This document shows positions 36,290 through 46,055 of a DNA stretch of 64,000 nt, piece after piece. The stretch lies in contig JADYXR010000001.1 in assembly GCA_021772095.1 (NCBI GenBank), forward strand, positions 10,786-74,785. The letters run 5' to 3'. Positions within the stretch are counted from its first letter, which is position 1. Every line of letters begins with the position of its first letter. Below the pieces are notes generated by a model. It had not been told where the DNA came from. It searched no databases and worked only from the letters and a program-made list of their open reading frames with translations. The translations under genes and the position numbers were made by a program. The stretch is from Candidatus Obscuribacter sp. GTDB taxonomy: Bacteria; Cyanobacteriota; Vampirovibrionia; Obscuribacterales; Obscuribacteraceae.

Positions 36290-37279
36290 ATGTTTTGTAG
36301 AGTGAGACCTTGGAAATTAGCAAACACGATAGCACTTGCTTTCGCGTGTTTTTCAGCGTGTCAGAATGTATCGTTTGCGGCTGAACAACAAATTGGTCTG
36401 GAGGCACAAGCGACTGCACTTGCACTCGATTCCAGGGAAACATTATCGACTGCGTCAGCAAATTTTGCGACAGAAAGTAAAAATTCGAAGAGCGCACCGG
36501 CGAAAAGTGCATCGAGTCCCAAACTGATTTCAAAAAATCCTGTGGTAACAAAACCGGTTGCAAAAATTGCCACACCAGCGCAAACAATTTCAACGACGTT
36601 GACCACGAAAACCACGCAACCGACGGCTCCTGCAGCTAAGACGAATTCTAAAATCGTTGTCACCACAACAAAACCCGCTGTGACAAAATCTGCTGCAACA
36701 AAATCAGAAGTTTCAGCGCAAAAAACTACAAGCGTTCAAACGACAAAAAAATCAGCATCAATTACTGATGAAAAAAACGTTTCTAAAACAAGCAATAGTG
36801 AAACAAAAACGTCTGTCTCTAAAGTGAAACCGAAGACGCGCCGAAAGACCGTGATGCTCGTTCCACCGCCACCTCCCACGATGCCAACTTATTTAAATTC
36901 GCAACCGGTATCCGGTAGTTTCGATCTGGGTATGACGGTCAACTTTATGTCGCTCGATGATCTAAAGTTTCAACAAAAAAACTTAGAGCAAAAACTCGTA
37001 TCGGCAAAACAGGATGACAAAGAACAAAAACACAGCATCGAAGAGAAGCAGTTGCGTGCCAAGCGGTTCGTCGAACTCTACCAGGAAGGCGTAGTCAGCC
37101 GCCGTGAGCTGGAAGCTGCGCAGTTGGAGTCGGAGCGGTCGCTTCGGGAAATTGGTCAAACGCATATAAAGGTTAGCGAAATCGAGCGAGTTCTTGGACA
37201 AGTAAAAGAACGCATTCACTCGATGGAGAAAGCGAATAAACCGTTTAAGCTCTCGAGCAAGAAGAGCAAAACTAGATAG
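36290..37279 (+). CDS. Exported T/K-rich protein with C-terminal coiled-coil
   Basis: Signal-like ANTIALAFACFSACQNVSFAAE, a T/K/S/A-rich middle and a heptad-like C-terminus (QKNLEQKLVSAKQDDKEQKHSIEEKQLRAKR...). The start is uncertain because it lies only ~40 nt from the divergent ymdB-like start. Confidence 0.55.
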   Translation: MFCRVRPWKLANTIALAFACFSACQNVSFAAEQQIGLEAQATALALDSRETLSTASANFATESKNSKSAPAKSASSPKLISKNPVVTKPVAKIATPAQTISTTLTTKTTQPTAPAAKTNSKIVVTTTKPAVTKSAATKSEVSAQKTTSVQTTKKSASITDEKNVSKTSNSETKTSVSKVKPKTRRKTVMLVPPPPPTMPTYLNSQPVSGSFDLGMTVNFMSLDDLKFQQKNLEQKLVSAKQDDKEQKHSIEEKQLRAKRFVELYQEGVVSRRELEAAQLESERSLREIGQTHIKVSEIERVLGQVKERIHSMEKANKPFKLSSKKSKTR

Positions 37280-37719
37280 ACAGCGCGTTTAACGCGTAAT
37301 AGAACCGTGATCGCGGAGTCCGTCTCGCTTCACGTGTTTTGTCGTTTTCTGTCGCGCTTGAGATGAGAGGCAATTAATACATTAACCGGATCACGGAATC
37401 AATCAAACCCGCATAAGCAGCGCCTTCGTCTTCGACGATCGATCACTACCCCTAATTTCAAGTACGGCTGTTGATGAGATTGTTCACAGATCTGATGTAT
37501 GCACTTTCTCCCAAATCGAAACCTGATTGCGGACTCTCGGGTTGACAAGCGAAAAGAAGATCACAAGTTGAAAATCAAGTTCTCATGCCGTTTTTGCGCT
37601 AACATTCCAAGCAACGAATCCGACAACTTCAGTTGAAAGCCGCACCAAAGCCCGATTTTGGCGTGGGTTTCGCCTGGATTTTGCCGGCTCAATAACAAAA
37701 TTCAAGGAGGAGAAATCCT

Positions 37720-38277
37720 ATGCTGCACAGAACCTCAAGAGAGTACCGTCTCCAAAGAGAAAGACTCCATCGTGGTTTCCCAATGGGTTATGACCGTCCC
37801 CGCTACGAAACATTCGAAAGATCATATGACAAATCATATGAAAGACCGATGATCAATCGTGAATGGGAAAGCCATGTATCCTACAGCGCCCCAGAAACTG
37901 ACATTCTCGAACTCGACGATCGTTTCATCCTCGAAGTATCACTTCCAGGAGTAGTACTCGATGATGTTGAGTTGAAAGCCGAAAGCGGCTACCTGTGCTT
38001 GATGGCGAAAAGAACGCCAAACATGTTCGAGGAAAGAGCAACTTATTTGAGAAAAGAACTTCCTTCGCACTACCTCGTACGCGAATTCGAATTCGAAGAA
38101 GAAATCGCGATCGAAGAAATCGAAGCTCGTCTGGACCGCGGCATTCTGTTCATCAGCATTCCGAAAGAAGAAGCGGCTGTGAGAATTCCAGTGTCGCACG
38201 GAAGCATCGAGCAACACATGCTCGAAAGCACCACACGCATGCACAAGACCGAGTCCCGCAAGGTCTCAGTCAAATAA
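37720..38277 (+). CDS. Small heat-shock protein, Hsp20/alpha-crystallin family
   Basis: Alpha-crystallin domain: DILELDDRFILEVSLPGVVLDDVELKAESGYLCLMAKR ... REFEFEEEIAIEEIEARLDRGILFISIPK. Strong SD AAGGAGGAG at 37704-37712. Confidence 0.9.
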   Translation: MLHRTSREYRLQRERLHRGFPMGYDRPRYETFERSYDKSYERPMINREWESHVSYSAPETDILELDDRFILEVSLPGVVLDDVELKAESGYLCLMAKRTPNMFEERATYLRKELPSHYLVREFEFEEEIAIEEIEARLDRGILFISIPKEEAAVRIPVSHGSIEQHMLESTTRMHKTESRKVSVK

Positions 38278-38304
38278 TCGATTTTCAGAAAACTTACTGA
38301 AGAC

Positions 38305-38332
38305 GAAAGGAGCTGCTTACGCGGCTCCTTTC
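38305..38332. terminator. Stem-loop between convergent hsp20 and permease genes
   Basis: GAAAGGAGC 38305-38313 pairs with GCTCCTTTC 38324-38332 across a 10-nt loop. The T-rich tails are only modest on either strand. Confidence 0.55.
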
Positions 38333-38384
38333 TGTTGTGTATTCAGGTCTTGTACAATCAGCCGCTGTGTATTCAGCAGTGTGG

Positions 38385-39968
38385 TTAATCGGTCTTGTCG
38401 AGCGCGTTTAGCCGCGAGCGTCGATAACCGTACATGAAATAAATCGCCGCTCCGGCAGCCATCCAAACAAAAAATCGAATCCACGTGATGATCGGCAAAC
38501 TCAACATGAGAATGAAACAGAAAACAATGCCGAGTATTGGAACGGTCGGTACGAACGGGCATTTGAACGGACGATCTTGATCTTTGCTTGTTTTGCGTAA
38601 AACGATCACGCCACCACATACGATGATGAAAGCGGCCAACGTTCCAATGTTAGTAAGCTCCGCAGCTTGACCGATATCGATAAACAGCGATGCCAAACCA
38701 ACGAGCAGACCGGTGAGAACAGTGGGCACCATCGGTGTTTTGTATTTCGGATGCAATTTGCCAAAAATTTTCGGGAGTAAACCATCGCGCGCCATCGCCA
38801 TGAAGATACGCGGCTGACCGAGTTGGAAGACGAGCAGAACAGAAGTCATGCCTGCCAGGGCTCCGATACTGACTAGCGCGTGCGCCCAGCCTTGTCCGGT
38901 GGAAGCGAGCGCTGTGGCGACAGGCGCCGCGTCGTTGACGTATTGAGTGTACGGCATGATACCGGTGAGCACGAGCGAAACGCCGGCATAGAGAATCGTG
39001 CAGATGATCAGACTGCCGATCATGCCGATTGGCATGTCTTTCTGCGGATTCTTGGTTTCCTCGGCAGTGGAGCTCACCGCGTCGAATCCAATGAAACTGA
39101 AGAACACAATCGCGGCACCGCCCATGATACCGGCAAGTCCGCTGGGTGCAAATGGAACCCAGTTGTCCGGTTTGACGAAACCGGCACCGTAGATGATGAC
39201 AAAGAGAACAACGGCAACTTTGATGAACACGGCGACAGTGTTCACCATCGCGCTTTCGCTGATGCCCACAACCAGAACCCACGTCACTAAGGCAACGATA
39301 ACGAAGGCCGGAACGTTCATCGCGAACTGGTGCCCGAACAAAATCGGCAAGTCGGTACTCGAGTAAAACGCCCATTGAGGATTGTCTGCAGGCAGGCTGG
39401 ACAACCTTGTCAGCGCCGTGACGGTGTCTGAAGTGAGCCAGAGCGGGAGCTTGATGCCAAACAGCCCGTGAGCAAAATGCAGGAAGTGATCGGACCAGCT
39501 CACAGCCACTGCAATATTACCGACGGCATATTCGAGAATAAGGTCCCAGCCGATAATCCAGGCGATTAACTCGCCCAGGGAAGCGTATGCGAAGGTGTAG
39601 GCGGAACCGGATACGGGAATCATCGCGGCAAGTTCTGCGTAGCACATAGCGGCAAAACCACAGGCAATCGCTGCGATCAGGAAAGAAAGAACGATTGCCG
39701 GTCCCGCGCCTTCACGACCGAGGTCGGCGCCGAGAACGAAATTGATAAGCGGTGTTTCGATCCAGTTTCTCGCTGCCAGCGAGCCACTACCGGCGGCGGC
39801 AGTACCAGTCAGTGCAAATATGCCGGAACCGATCGTCGCCCCGACGCCAAACGCGACCAGGTCGCGCGCGGTGAGCGTCTTCTTCATTTGTCGTTCGGGT
39901 TCGTATGCCTCATCGATCAATAATCGAGGCGGCTTGGTTCTCATTACTTTCGATAGGAAATCGTTCAT
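38385..39968 (-). CDS. APC-superfamily amino acid permease (cationic amino acid transporter-like)
   Basis: About 12 or more hydrophobic helices. N-terminal LTARDLVAFGVGATIGSGIFALTG is typical of amino-acid permeases. 527 aa. Confidence 0.9.
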   Translation of the reverse strand: MNDFLSKVMRTKPPRLLIDEAYEPERQMKKTLTARDLVAFGVGATIGSGIFALTGTAAAGSGSLAARNWIETPLINFVLGADLGREGAGPAIVLSFLIAAIACGFAAMCYAELAAMIPVSGSAYTFAYASLGELIAWIIGWDLILEYAVGNIAVAVSWSDHFLHFAHGLFGIKLPLWLTSDTVTALTRLSSLPADNPQWAFYSSTDLPILFGHQFAMNVPAFVIVALVTWVLVVGISESAMVNTVAVFIKVAVVLFVIIYGAGFVKPDNWVPFAPSGLAGIMGGAAIVFFSFIGFDAVSSTAEETKNPQKDMPIGMIGSLIICTILYAGVSLVLTGIMPYTQYVNDAAPVATALASTGQGWAHALVSIGALAGMTSVLLVFQLGQPRIFMAMARDGLLPKIFGKLHPKYKTPMVPTVLTGLLVGLASLFIDIGQAAELTNIGTLAAFIIVCGGVIVLRKTSKDQDRPFKCPFVPTVPILGIVFCFILMLSLPIITWIRFFVWMAAGAAIYFMYGYRRSRLNALDKTD

Positions 39969-40009
39969 TTCGCTCCATCCAAATCAATCGTCGGATAGTG
40001 ATGTGCCGA

Positions 40010-43000
40010 TCAACGCGCCGGCAGTCTCACAGTTCGGGTCGCCTTGTTTCCTGCTCTATCTACAACTTCAATCTCAATTTTCTTGGCACCTTTTTTAAGC
40101 AAAACATTAGACGCGAGAAGCTGCACCTCACGCTTGTCGGCCAAACTACCCACAACGGCTAACGCGCGCGGTTCTTCCGAATCAATCTGTATGGTCGCGT
40201 TAGAAATCGGAGACGTCACGTCTTTAGCGGAGACTTCGCATCTCAGCATTCGGTCCGCACTGACAGTGACTGTCGGCTCCGTGATTACCGGCTTCACCGT
40301 GTCGATCACTATGTAGCGATAACAGGTGATATCGGCTGGTTGCACCATATTCGATGGCGCATCTGAAAGTGTGAAACGTAAAATGTGATGACCTTCTTTC
40401 AAGGTATTCGCGGCGATGGTCCAGGTGAATTTATCTGAGAGATCGCCGTCAGCAGCCCGCTTTGCTTTCGCGGCTTCTTTGGCTGGAGCCTTTGCCGGTG
40501 CTGGTTTTTCGCCCTTCTTCGCAACCGGTTTCTTTACACTGTTTTTTTCGTCAGCTTTGCTCTTCTGGTCGGGCTTGGTTTTATCTTCAGGTTTTGTTTT
40601 ATCGCCTGGTTTGATCTCATCAGGCTTGGTTTTGTCCTCGGGCTTGCTATCACCGCCAGGCTTGTCGCCCTCGCCCGGACCCGGTTTATTATTCGCGTCG
40701 GGATTGGTTTTATCTTCCGGATACTTGTCTTCCTCCGGATCGTTGCGATCCTCTGGATTGATTTTTTCCTCGGGATTATTCTTCTCTTCCGGCTTATGCT
40801 TAGAATCAGGCTTAAACTTATCCTCGGGCTTCTTTCTGCCGTCCGGTCTGTTCTCGTCTTCGAGATTCACCCTTCGGTTGCGATACTGCTCGGCACCGGA
40901 TGTGGTGCCGCTTCGTCCAGGGACACTGTCGTCACGTTCAGTCGGTTTTTCAACTTCGGGTGGCTTCTCATTTTTTCCAGTTGGATTTTCAGGGTCAGAA
41001 TCTGATGGGCTGTCACGATCGGCTGGAGTCTCCCCGTCAGAGGCTTTGCTTTTATCGACCTCCGTGGTGATCGTATCCGCCTTTTTCTCGACCGTTGTGC
41101 TCTCGACTTTCGTTTGACCTGTTGTTGTTTTAGTCTTGTCGCTGTCTTTTTTCTCTGACTTGTCTTCAGCCTTGGCGTCTTTCTTCGAGGTTCTATCTGC
41201 GCGGATATCGCTCTTCAATGGAGCATATGTGCGTCCGTCATCACTGGAAAGGTCGACTGCAAGACTGAGACTATCGCCGTCCGGATCGGAGCCGACAACA
41301 ACCACTTCCTCAGTATCCGAGACGTAGCTGCCCGCACGCAACGATACGCTTGTGAAACGAGGTCGGCTGTTCGACGGCAGAAAAGTAACGGCAACGCGAC
41401 CAATCACACTATCGCGACCCTGTGGAAACACGCGTGGGCTGTCACCTTTCACGGAAGTATTCAACCAGCCGAGACGATATTGAAAATAACGGTCGTCCGG
41501 TGATTTGATTTGATAGCCTTCGGAAGTGGTAATCGCAGGCGTCCAGGCGGACCAGGTGGAGTCGGGGCGAACGGTCGCTCCCGTGCGCGTTTCGACGCTG
41601 ACTGACTTCTCGAGATCGGCACTAACTTCGTTGAAGGATCCATAGATGCGAAGCAGCGACCACTGAGACTGGCGAGCGCCGTCTTTGACAGGTGACGTGT
41701 AAGCAGCATTGTCGGTTTTGATGGAGAACTCGATGATAGACGGTAAGTTGCTGCTCACAGCATAAATATGATTGCCGCCATCCGACAATAAAGCGATTAC
41801 CGCTTCTTGATCCGTATGTTTGACGGGAACGAAAAAGGATTGACCAGTAAGCGGCTCTTCTTGAATCTGAGTGACATCGCCCTCGGCGTCACCAGCTAAG
41901 ACCGAGTCAGTGGGCTCATGATAGTAAAGCGTGTAGAACGCATCGCTGGTCGCCAGATCGTACGTTTCGCCCGACGGTGTAATTCTGAGCAAGCGTCCGG
42001 TACCAGCTGTGGTGATAAACAGATCACCTTTTTTGGTTCGGCAAACACCTGTCACCAGATGATCGTCTGAATGAAATTCGGCGCGCAGCTCTCCAGCTTT
42101 ACTGACGCTGTAGACATTGCCTTGTTCGCCGCAACCAACGTAAAGACGCCTGGACACGCGGTCATAGAACATGGAGAGCACATGTGCATCACCGGTGTCG
42201 ACCAGCACGCTAGCACCGCTGGCGGTGACTTTGTAAACGCGCCCTGTTCCTGCAACGCCTGCGTACAAAGTATCGTCATCGTCTACCGCCAGACATGTCA
42301 CCAGAGGTTCGGTTACTTTGGCAACGTCGGTTACGCTTGCACTCTTTTGACCGGCGGCGGCGTTGATTTTGACGATTCGTCCTTCAGGCGCTAAGGATGC
42401 GTAAACATTGCCTTTGGAATCAGCAACTATTGCAGGGATGGCAGCGCAGTTAAACTTGGCGATTTGTCCGACTTTTTGTTGGGCCGCCGACCATCTATAA
42501 ATTCGATTAGACGATCCAATATAAATTGCTCCGTTCGACCAGACCGCTGACCAGGCTCTTAGAGCGCCAGTGACAGGAGTAACGCTGTTCTCTTTGTAGC
42601 CCGGAAACATTCTGCCCCAGCTGTCGATAATGACACCATATTTGGTGCCGCCTTTAAAGGCGCCGTCATCAGTTTGACTCCAAACTTGAACTGGTCGAAT
42701 GTGCGTATCCTCTGTCGATGGTGACCACAGGCTCAATGTGTTGGCTTGAGCGCTCTTGTTGGCACCGGCTGCATTTGGATCGGCCGGAGTGGCAGATGAC
42801 GGGTCTCCAATTTTTGGTTTGCCGTCGGTTTTATTCAGCGAGTCAATTGCCTTCTGCGCCTGGGCCGTGACGTATGCGCCCATCGCAGCCTTGCCTGAAC
42901 CACCGGGGACGGCGAAGTAACTGGGCGCTTTTTCCATGAAGGGTTCTGGTCTTTTGACCGTCACAGCCAGAATATGAGTGCCTTCAACCAGAGCAGGGAT

Positions 43001-44917
43001 TTCTTTGTTGACGCGCCTTTCGCCATTTACGAGAGATGGACCGTGGGTATATCGGTTTGAAAAAAACAATTTATTCCAGTGACCTGGAGGGCTTTCCAAC
43101 ACTTCACCGTCTACATGGATAGACTGGTTCGGTAAAGCAAGAACAGCAAACAACCTGTCGCCGCGAGGCTTTTCCTGAAGACGCCTGACGATCTGCTCAA
43201 AACTATTAGTGGGCGGATCGACTAAATTCATTCGCTTGCGAAGATCCTCCAGTTGCGATCCACCGCTGACGCCAAGCGCCAATTCGCCATCCGGTGCGTC
43301 TCGCGGAATTGTCACTTCGATATTTTCGGTGTAACTTTCGCCGTTGTATGGTTCCAACAAACAATTCAACGTGACGTTCTCGCCAGGCTTCACCACAGGT
43401 CGATCGGTTGAAATTCTGACAATGCGTGTCAGATCACGCCCCGATTCCAGATTGATTTTGAGCCGCACGGCTTTCAGGTGCACCTTCTTATAACGATTGC
43501 TCAAAATTCGCGAAGTGATTGAGTGAATGTTGCCTGATACCGGGTCGGAGAAAAATGGACGGAAAATAGAACTTGCAGGAGCGCTGCCGGAGTTGTTGGT
43601 CAGGCAGTCAAAACGTTTGATACCTGGTTCGTCAGTGACTTCGACTTCCGTTTCGACGCGCGCCACATATGGTGCTGTTGATTGGTAGGTCGCATCCATC
43701 GCTGACATTGTGCAAGCGGCAACTAGATCCGGTGTGAGATCCTCGTGGTCGATTACCCTGGATGAAAACTTTTTGCGGATGTGACGGACGCCGTCAGTGA
43801 CTTCCACCGATACCGGCACCATCTTCGCCTGGGAACCGATGCGACCACCTATAGACCAGGGACGATCCGAGAAGATCGTGCCTAGCACCGCAATTGGTGA
43901 CGACAGTTTAAATGATATAGACAAGCTGGGAAGCACTTCGTGAACGTAAGCCGACGACATGGGAAAGTCCACGGAGCCTGCTTGAACGAAAGGATGTCCG
44001 AAGCCGATCACCTTGCCGCCGAAGTTGGCGGTCACGGTTCCAGTCGAAGCCGATTCGAAATCGCCGGTTGTGAGCAGCACTCCCATCGCGCTTCCTGGTT
44101 TCATCTGATTAGCTTCTTTGATGTCCTCGGCACTATGGCTGGTGTCAGATCCGCCGCCCGAGCCCTCGCTGACTGACAAACCGACCGATTCGAAGCGCCC
44201 GCGCAAATATTGCTGCGCACGGGAAGAGAAACCGCTGAGCGATACAGGCGACATCAGTGGCACCATATGTGGTGAAGCCGCACTGACCATCAGTTTTTTA
44301 AATCTACCCAAATCAGGGTTACCTGCCGACACCACTGACGGTGTCACTTCAAAACCAGGTTTTCGCAACGGGATTCGAGAACCAATCTCCGGCGCCTGTT
44401 CCGGCTTGGCCATGGCATCGAGCATATCTATGATCGGAGTGATGCCGGCGATTGGTTCAGTAGAGAAATCAAAACCGTATGAGACAGCGCCGACCAACTT
44501 ATCATCGATATAAATCGGACTGCCGGACATTCCGCGAATGACATTGTTCTTGCCCATAGCGGCGCCCGAGAGGCGCACAAGAATTGCGTCTCTGCCATTA
44601 TTGACACGCTTCATCACACCGATTACACGAAAATTAAAGCGTTCAATTTTCGTTCCATGAAACACACTCAAGCCGTAGCCTTCCATGCCGTTCTTCACTT
44701 CAGAAGCGCGCATGAATGTACCGGGTTTCAAAAATTTTCTGACGAATTCACTGTCATCGGGGTTGAAGTAAGCCGATTCGGTGGAAGCAGCTCGAGCTGG
44801 ATTGAGGGCTGCAAAAGACAGCAATAAAACAAAACCGAGTATTAGAATCCGCACAACCAGCAGATGCCTTATGAAAAAAGATACCAAATTTGCCGTTTGA
44901 AGCTTCAAACCAGGCAA
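40010..44917 (-). CDS. Giant exported protein: SpoIVB/peptidase-S55-like module, beta-propeller-like repeats, K/P/E/D-rich repeat region, C-terminal Ig-like region
   Basis: Signal peptide (V)RILILGFVLLLSFAALNPARA (GTG 44854 is a plausible start; the track uses TTG 44917). VIRGMSGSPIYIDDKLVGAVSYGF and KVIGFGHPFVQAG resemble peptidase S55. Blade-like repeats include AGTGRVYKV, AGTGRLLRI, PEGRIVKI and EQGNVYSV. Tandem KPEDKTKPD-like units are present. Confidence 0.7.
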   Translation of the reverse strand: MPGLKLQTANLVSFFIRHLLVVRILILGFVLLLSFAALNPARAASTESAYFNPDDSEFVRKFLKPGTFMRASEVKNGMEGYGLSVFHGTKIERFNFRVIGVMKRVNNGRDAILVRLSGAAMGKNNVIRGMSGSPIYIDDKLVGAVSYGFDFSTEPIAGITPIIDMLDAMAKPEQAPEIGSRIPLRKPGFEVTPSVVSAGNPDLGRFKKLMVSAASPHMVPLMSPVSLSGFSSRAQQYLRGRFESVGLSVSEGSGGGSDTSHSAEDIKEANQMKPGSAMGVLLTTGDFESASTGTVTANFGGKVIGFGHPFVQAGSVDFPMSSAYVHEVLPSLSISFKLSSPIAVLGTIFSDRPWSIGGRIGSQAKMVPVSVEVTDGVRHIRKKFSSRVIDHEDLTPDLVAACTMSAMDATYQSTAPYVARVETEVEVTDEPGIKRFDCLTNNSGSAPASSIFRPFFSDPVSGNIHSITSRILSNRYKKVHLKAVRLKINLESGRDLTRIVRISTDRPVVKPGENVTLNCLLEPYNGESYTENIEVTIPRDAPDGELALGVSGGSQLEDLRKRMNLVDPPTNSFEQIVRRLQEKPRGDRLFAVLALPNQSIHVDGEVLESPPGHWNKLFFSNRYTHGPSLVNGERRVNKEIPALVEGTHILAVTVKRPEPFMEKAPSYFAVPGGSGKAAMGAYVTAQAQKAIDSLNKTDGKPKIGDPSSATPADPNAAGANKSAQANTLSLWSPSTEDTHIRPVQVWSQTDDGAFKGGTKYGVIIDSWGRMFPGYKENSVTPVTGALRAWSAVWSNGAIYIGSSNRIYRWSAAQQKVGQIAKFNCAAIPAIVADSKGNVYASLAPEGRIVKINAAAGQKSASVTDVAKVTEPLVTCLAVDDDDTLYAGVAGTGRVYKVTASGASVLVDTGDAHVLSMFYDRVSRRLYVGCGEQGNVYSVSKAGELRAEFHSDDHLVTGVCRTKKGDLFITTAGTGRLLRITPSGETYDLATSDAFYTLYYHEPTDSVLAGDAEGDVTQIQEEPLTGQSFFVPVKHTDQEAVIALLSDGGNHIYAVSSNLPSIIEFSIKTDNAAYTSPVKDGARQSQWSLLRIYGSFNEVSADLEKSVSVETRTGATVRPDSTWSAWTPAITTSEGYQIKSPDDRYFQYRLGWLNTSVKGDSPRVFPQGRDSVIGRVAVTFLPSNSRPRFTSVSLRAGSYVSDTEEVVVVGSDPDGDSLSLAVDLSSDDGRTYAPLKSDIRADRTSKKDAKAEDKSEKKDSDKTKTTTGQTKVESTTVEKKADTITTEVDKSKASDGETPADRDSPSDSDPENPTGKNEKPPEVEKPTERDDSVPGRSGTTSGAEQYRNRRVNLEDENRPDGRKKPEDKFKPDSKHKPEEKNNPEEKINPEDRNDPEEDKYPEDKTNPDANNKPGPGEGDKPGGDSKPEDKTKPDEIKPGDKTKPEDKTKPDQKSKADEKNSVKKPVAKKGEKPAPAKAPAKEAAKAKRAADGDLSDKFTWTIAANTLKEGHHILRFTLSDAPSNMVQPADITCYRYIVIDTVKPVITEPTVTVSADRMLRCEVSAKDVTSPISNATIQIDSEEPRALAVVGSLADKREVQLLASNVLLKKGAKKIEIEVVDRAGNKATRTVRLPAR

Positions 44918-45151
44918 GAGCCGGTTACAACGAAGCCACGCGCGGCGGGCTACTCATCCTAGCAGAGAACCCTTTCAAGGGAAAGCGCCCGGTTTTTGCT
45001 AAGATCATCGTCGTTTAAGAGCTTGGCAAGAAGAAGTTGTCGCTCGATCTGAGTTCCCTTTCTGGTGGTTGATAAAATGCAAATCGTGCTCGCCGTTTCA
45101 AAACACTCTATCCAAGCGCGCTTCGGTGTGTCCAGGCGTGGTCAAGAAAAA

Positions 45152-45847
45152 ATGGCAAACAAAAAATTGACCGGTTTGACGCTTGCAGCCTTGCTGTTGA
45201 CGTCAACAATGGTTTCGTATCAACCGAAAGCTTTCGCGCAGGGTTCGCCGATACCTGGCGGTACAAGAACGGCACCAGCCGACAATTATTCCGCCCCGGC
45301 AAAACCAACAGCTCCACTGCCTGGTGGAAGTCCGGCAGCTTATGCGGCGGCACCGCCTGCTCATGCTCACGCAGCCACTCCAGGTGCGCCCGGCAAGCGC
45401 GACAGCATCTACAACTCGCTTCCTTTGAATGCCGAAGAAGCAAAAGTCCGCCTCGAGGACCTCAGCAATCGACTTGCAGTTTCTCGTCCAGACGATATGA
45501 AAGACGCCATCTATGCGCTTTCCGAGTGGTTGCAGGATTGCGCCGATGCGCACTGGAAAATGTTCAAAGCATTCGAGAAGATTGACTCAACCAAGGCGCA
45601 AGCCGCAAAGGAAAAGGATATCGCGCTCAAGTTCAGTGCTCTGAAGAACAAAGCAAAGCTGCTTAAAGCTGACTTGTTTATCAAACAAAACCGATATCCG
45701 GAAGCACTCGGGCCGTTGGTCGAAATCGTAACGACAGAACCGACAACGACAACCGGGCAAGAAGCTTATAAACGGCTGGTCGACATGGGATTCTCCGATT
45801 CGGTGAATAACGTCGAACTGGCTGAAAAAGGCACCGGCAAGCGCTAA
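45152..45847 (+). CDS. Exported helical protein (function unknown)
   Basis: The ATG at 45152 gives the signal peptide MANKKLTGLTLAALLLTSTMVSYQPKAFAQ. A P/A-rich linker is followed by a helical C-terminal half. Confidence 0.55.
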   Translation: MANKKLTGLTLAALLLTSTMVSYQPKAFAQGSPIPGGTRTAPADNYSAPAKPTAPLPGGSPAAYAAAPPAHAHAATPGAPGKRDSIYNSLPLNAEEAKVRLEDLSNRLAVSRPDDMKDAIYALSEWLQDCADAHWKMFKAFEKIDSTKAQAAKEKDIALKFSALKNKAKLLKADLFIKQNRYPEALGPLVEIVTTEPTTTTGQEAYKRLVDMGFSDSVNNVELAEKGTGKR

Positions 45848-45871
45848 ACGGACGGATAAATCATCACTTTC

Positions 45872-45903
45872 ACAGCCGGTGTTTTTCAAAAAACGCTGGC
45901 TGT
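45872..45903 (+). terminator. Stem-loop 25 nt after the preceding stop
   Basis: ACAGCCGGTG 45872-45881 pairs with CGCTGGCTGT 45894-45903 (10 bp including two G-T pairs). The loop is TTTTTCAAAAAA and there is no clean T-tail. Confidence 0.4.
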
Positions 45904-46055
45904 AGCGTTTCTCTCGCCAAATTTCAGGAAAAACAGGGTTGTGCCCGAGCGTAAAAAGGGCTTAAATAATGAGAACGGTTTAAAATAAAACACTCGGGAT
46001 GAAAAACCAATCCAGCCAATCTTTCGGCAGATTGGCGAACAGGAGAAGACTGATA

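Noticed and set aside
38650-39375. 241-aa minus-strand ORF in an alternative frame of the permease gene (also 11727..12323 opposite ftsZ and 26162..26860 opposite the CAG-rich region)
   Set aside because: These are R/H/C-rich or Leu-run translations with no domain signal. The overlapping frames encode unmistakable APC permease, FtsZ and Q-rich proteins.
40416-41117. 233-aa plus-strand ORF opposite the KPEDK repeat region of the S55-like giant gene
   Set aside because: It is a shadow of the repeat tract (S/G/L/F-rich) and lies entirely inside a much longer, motif-bearing ORF.
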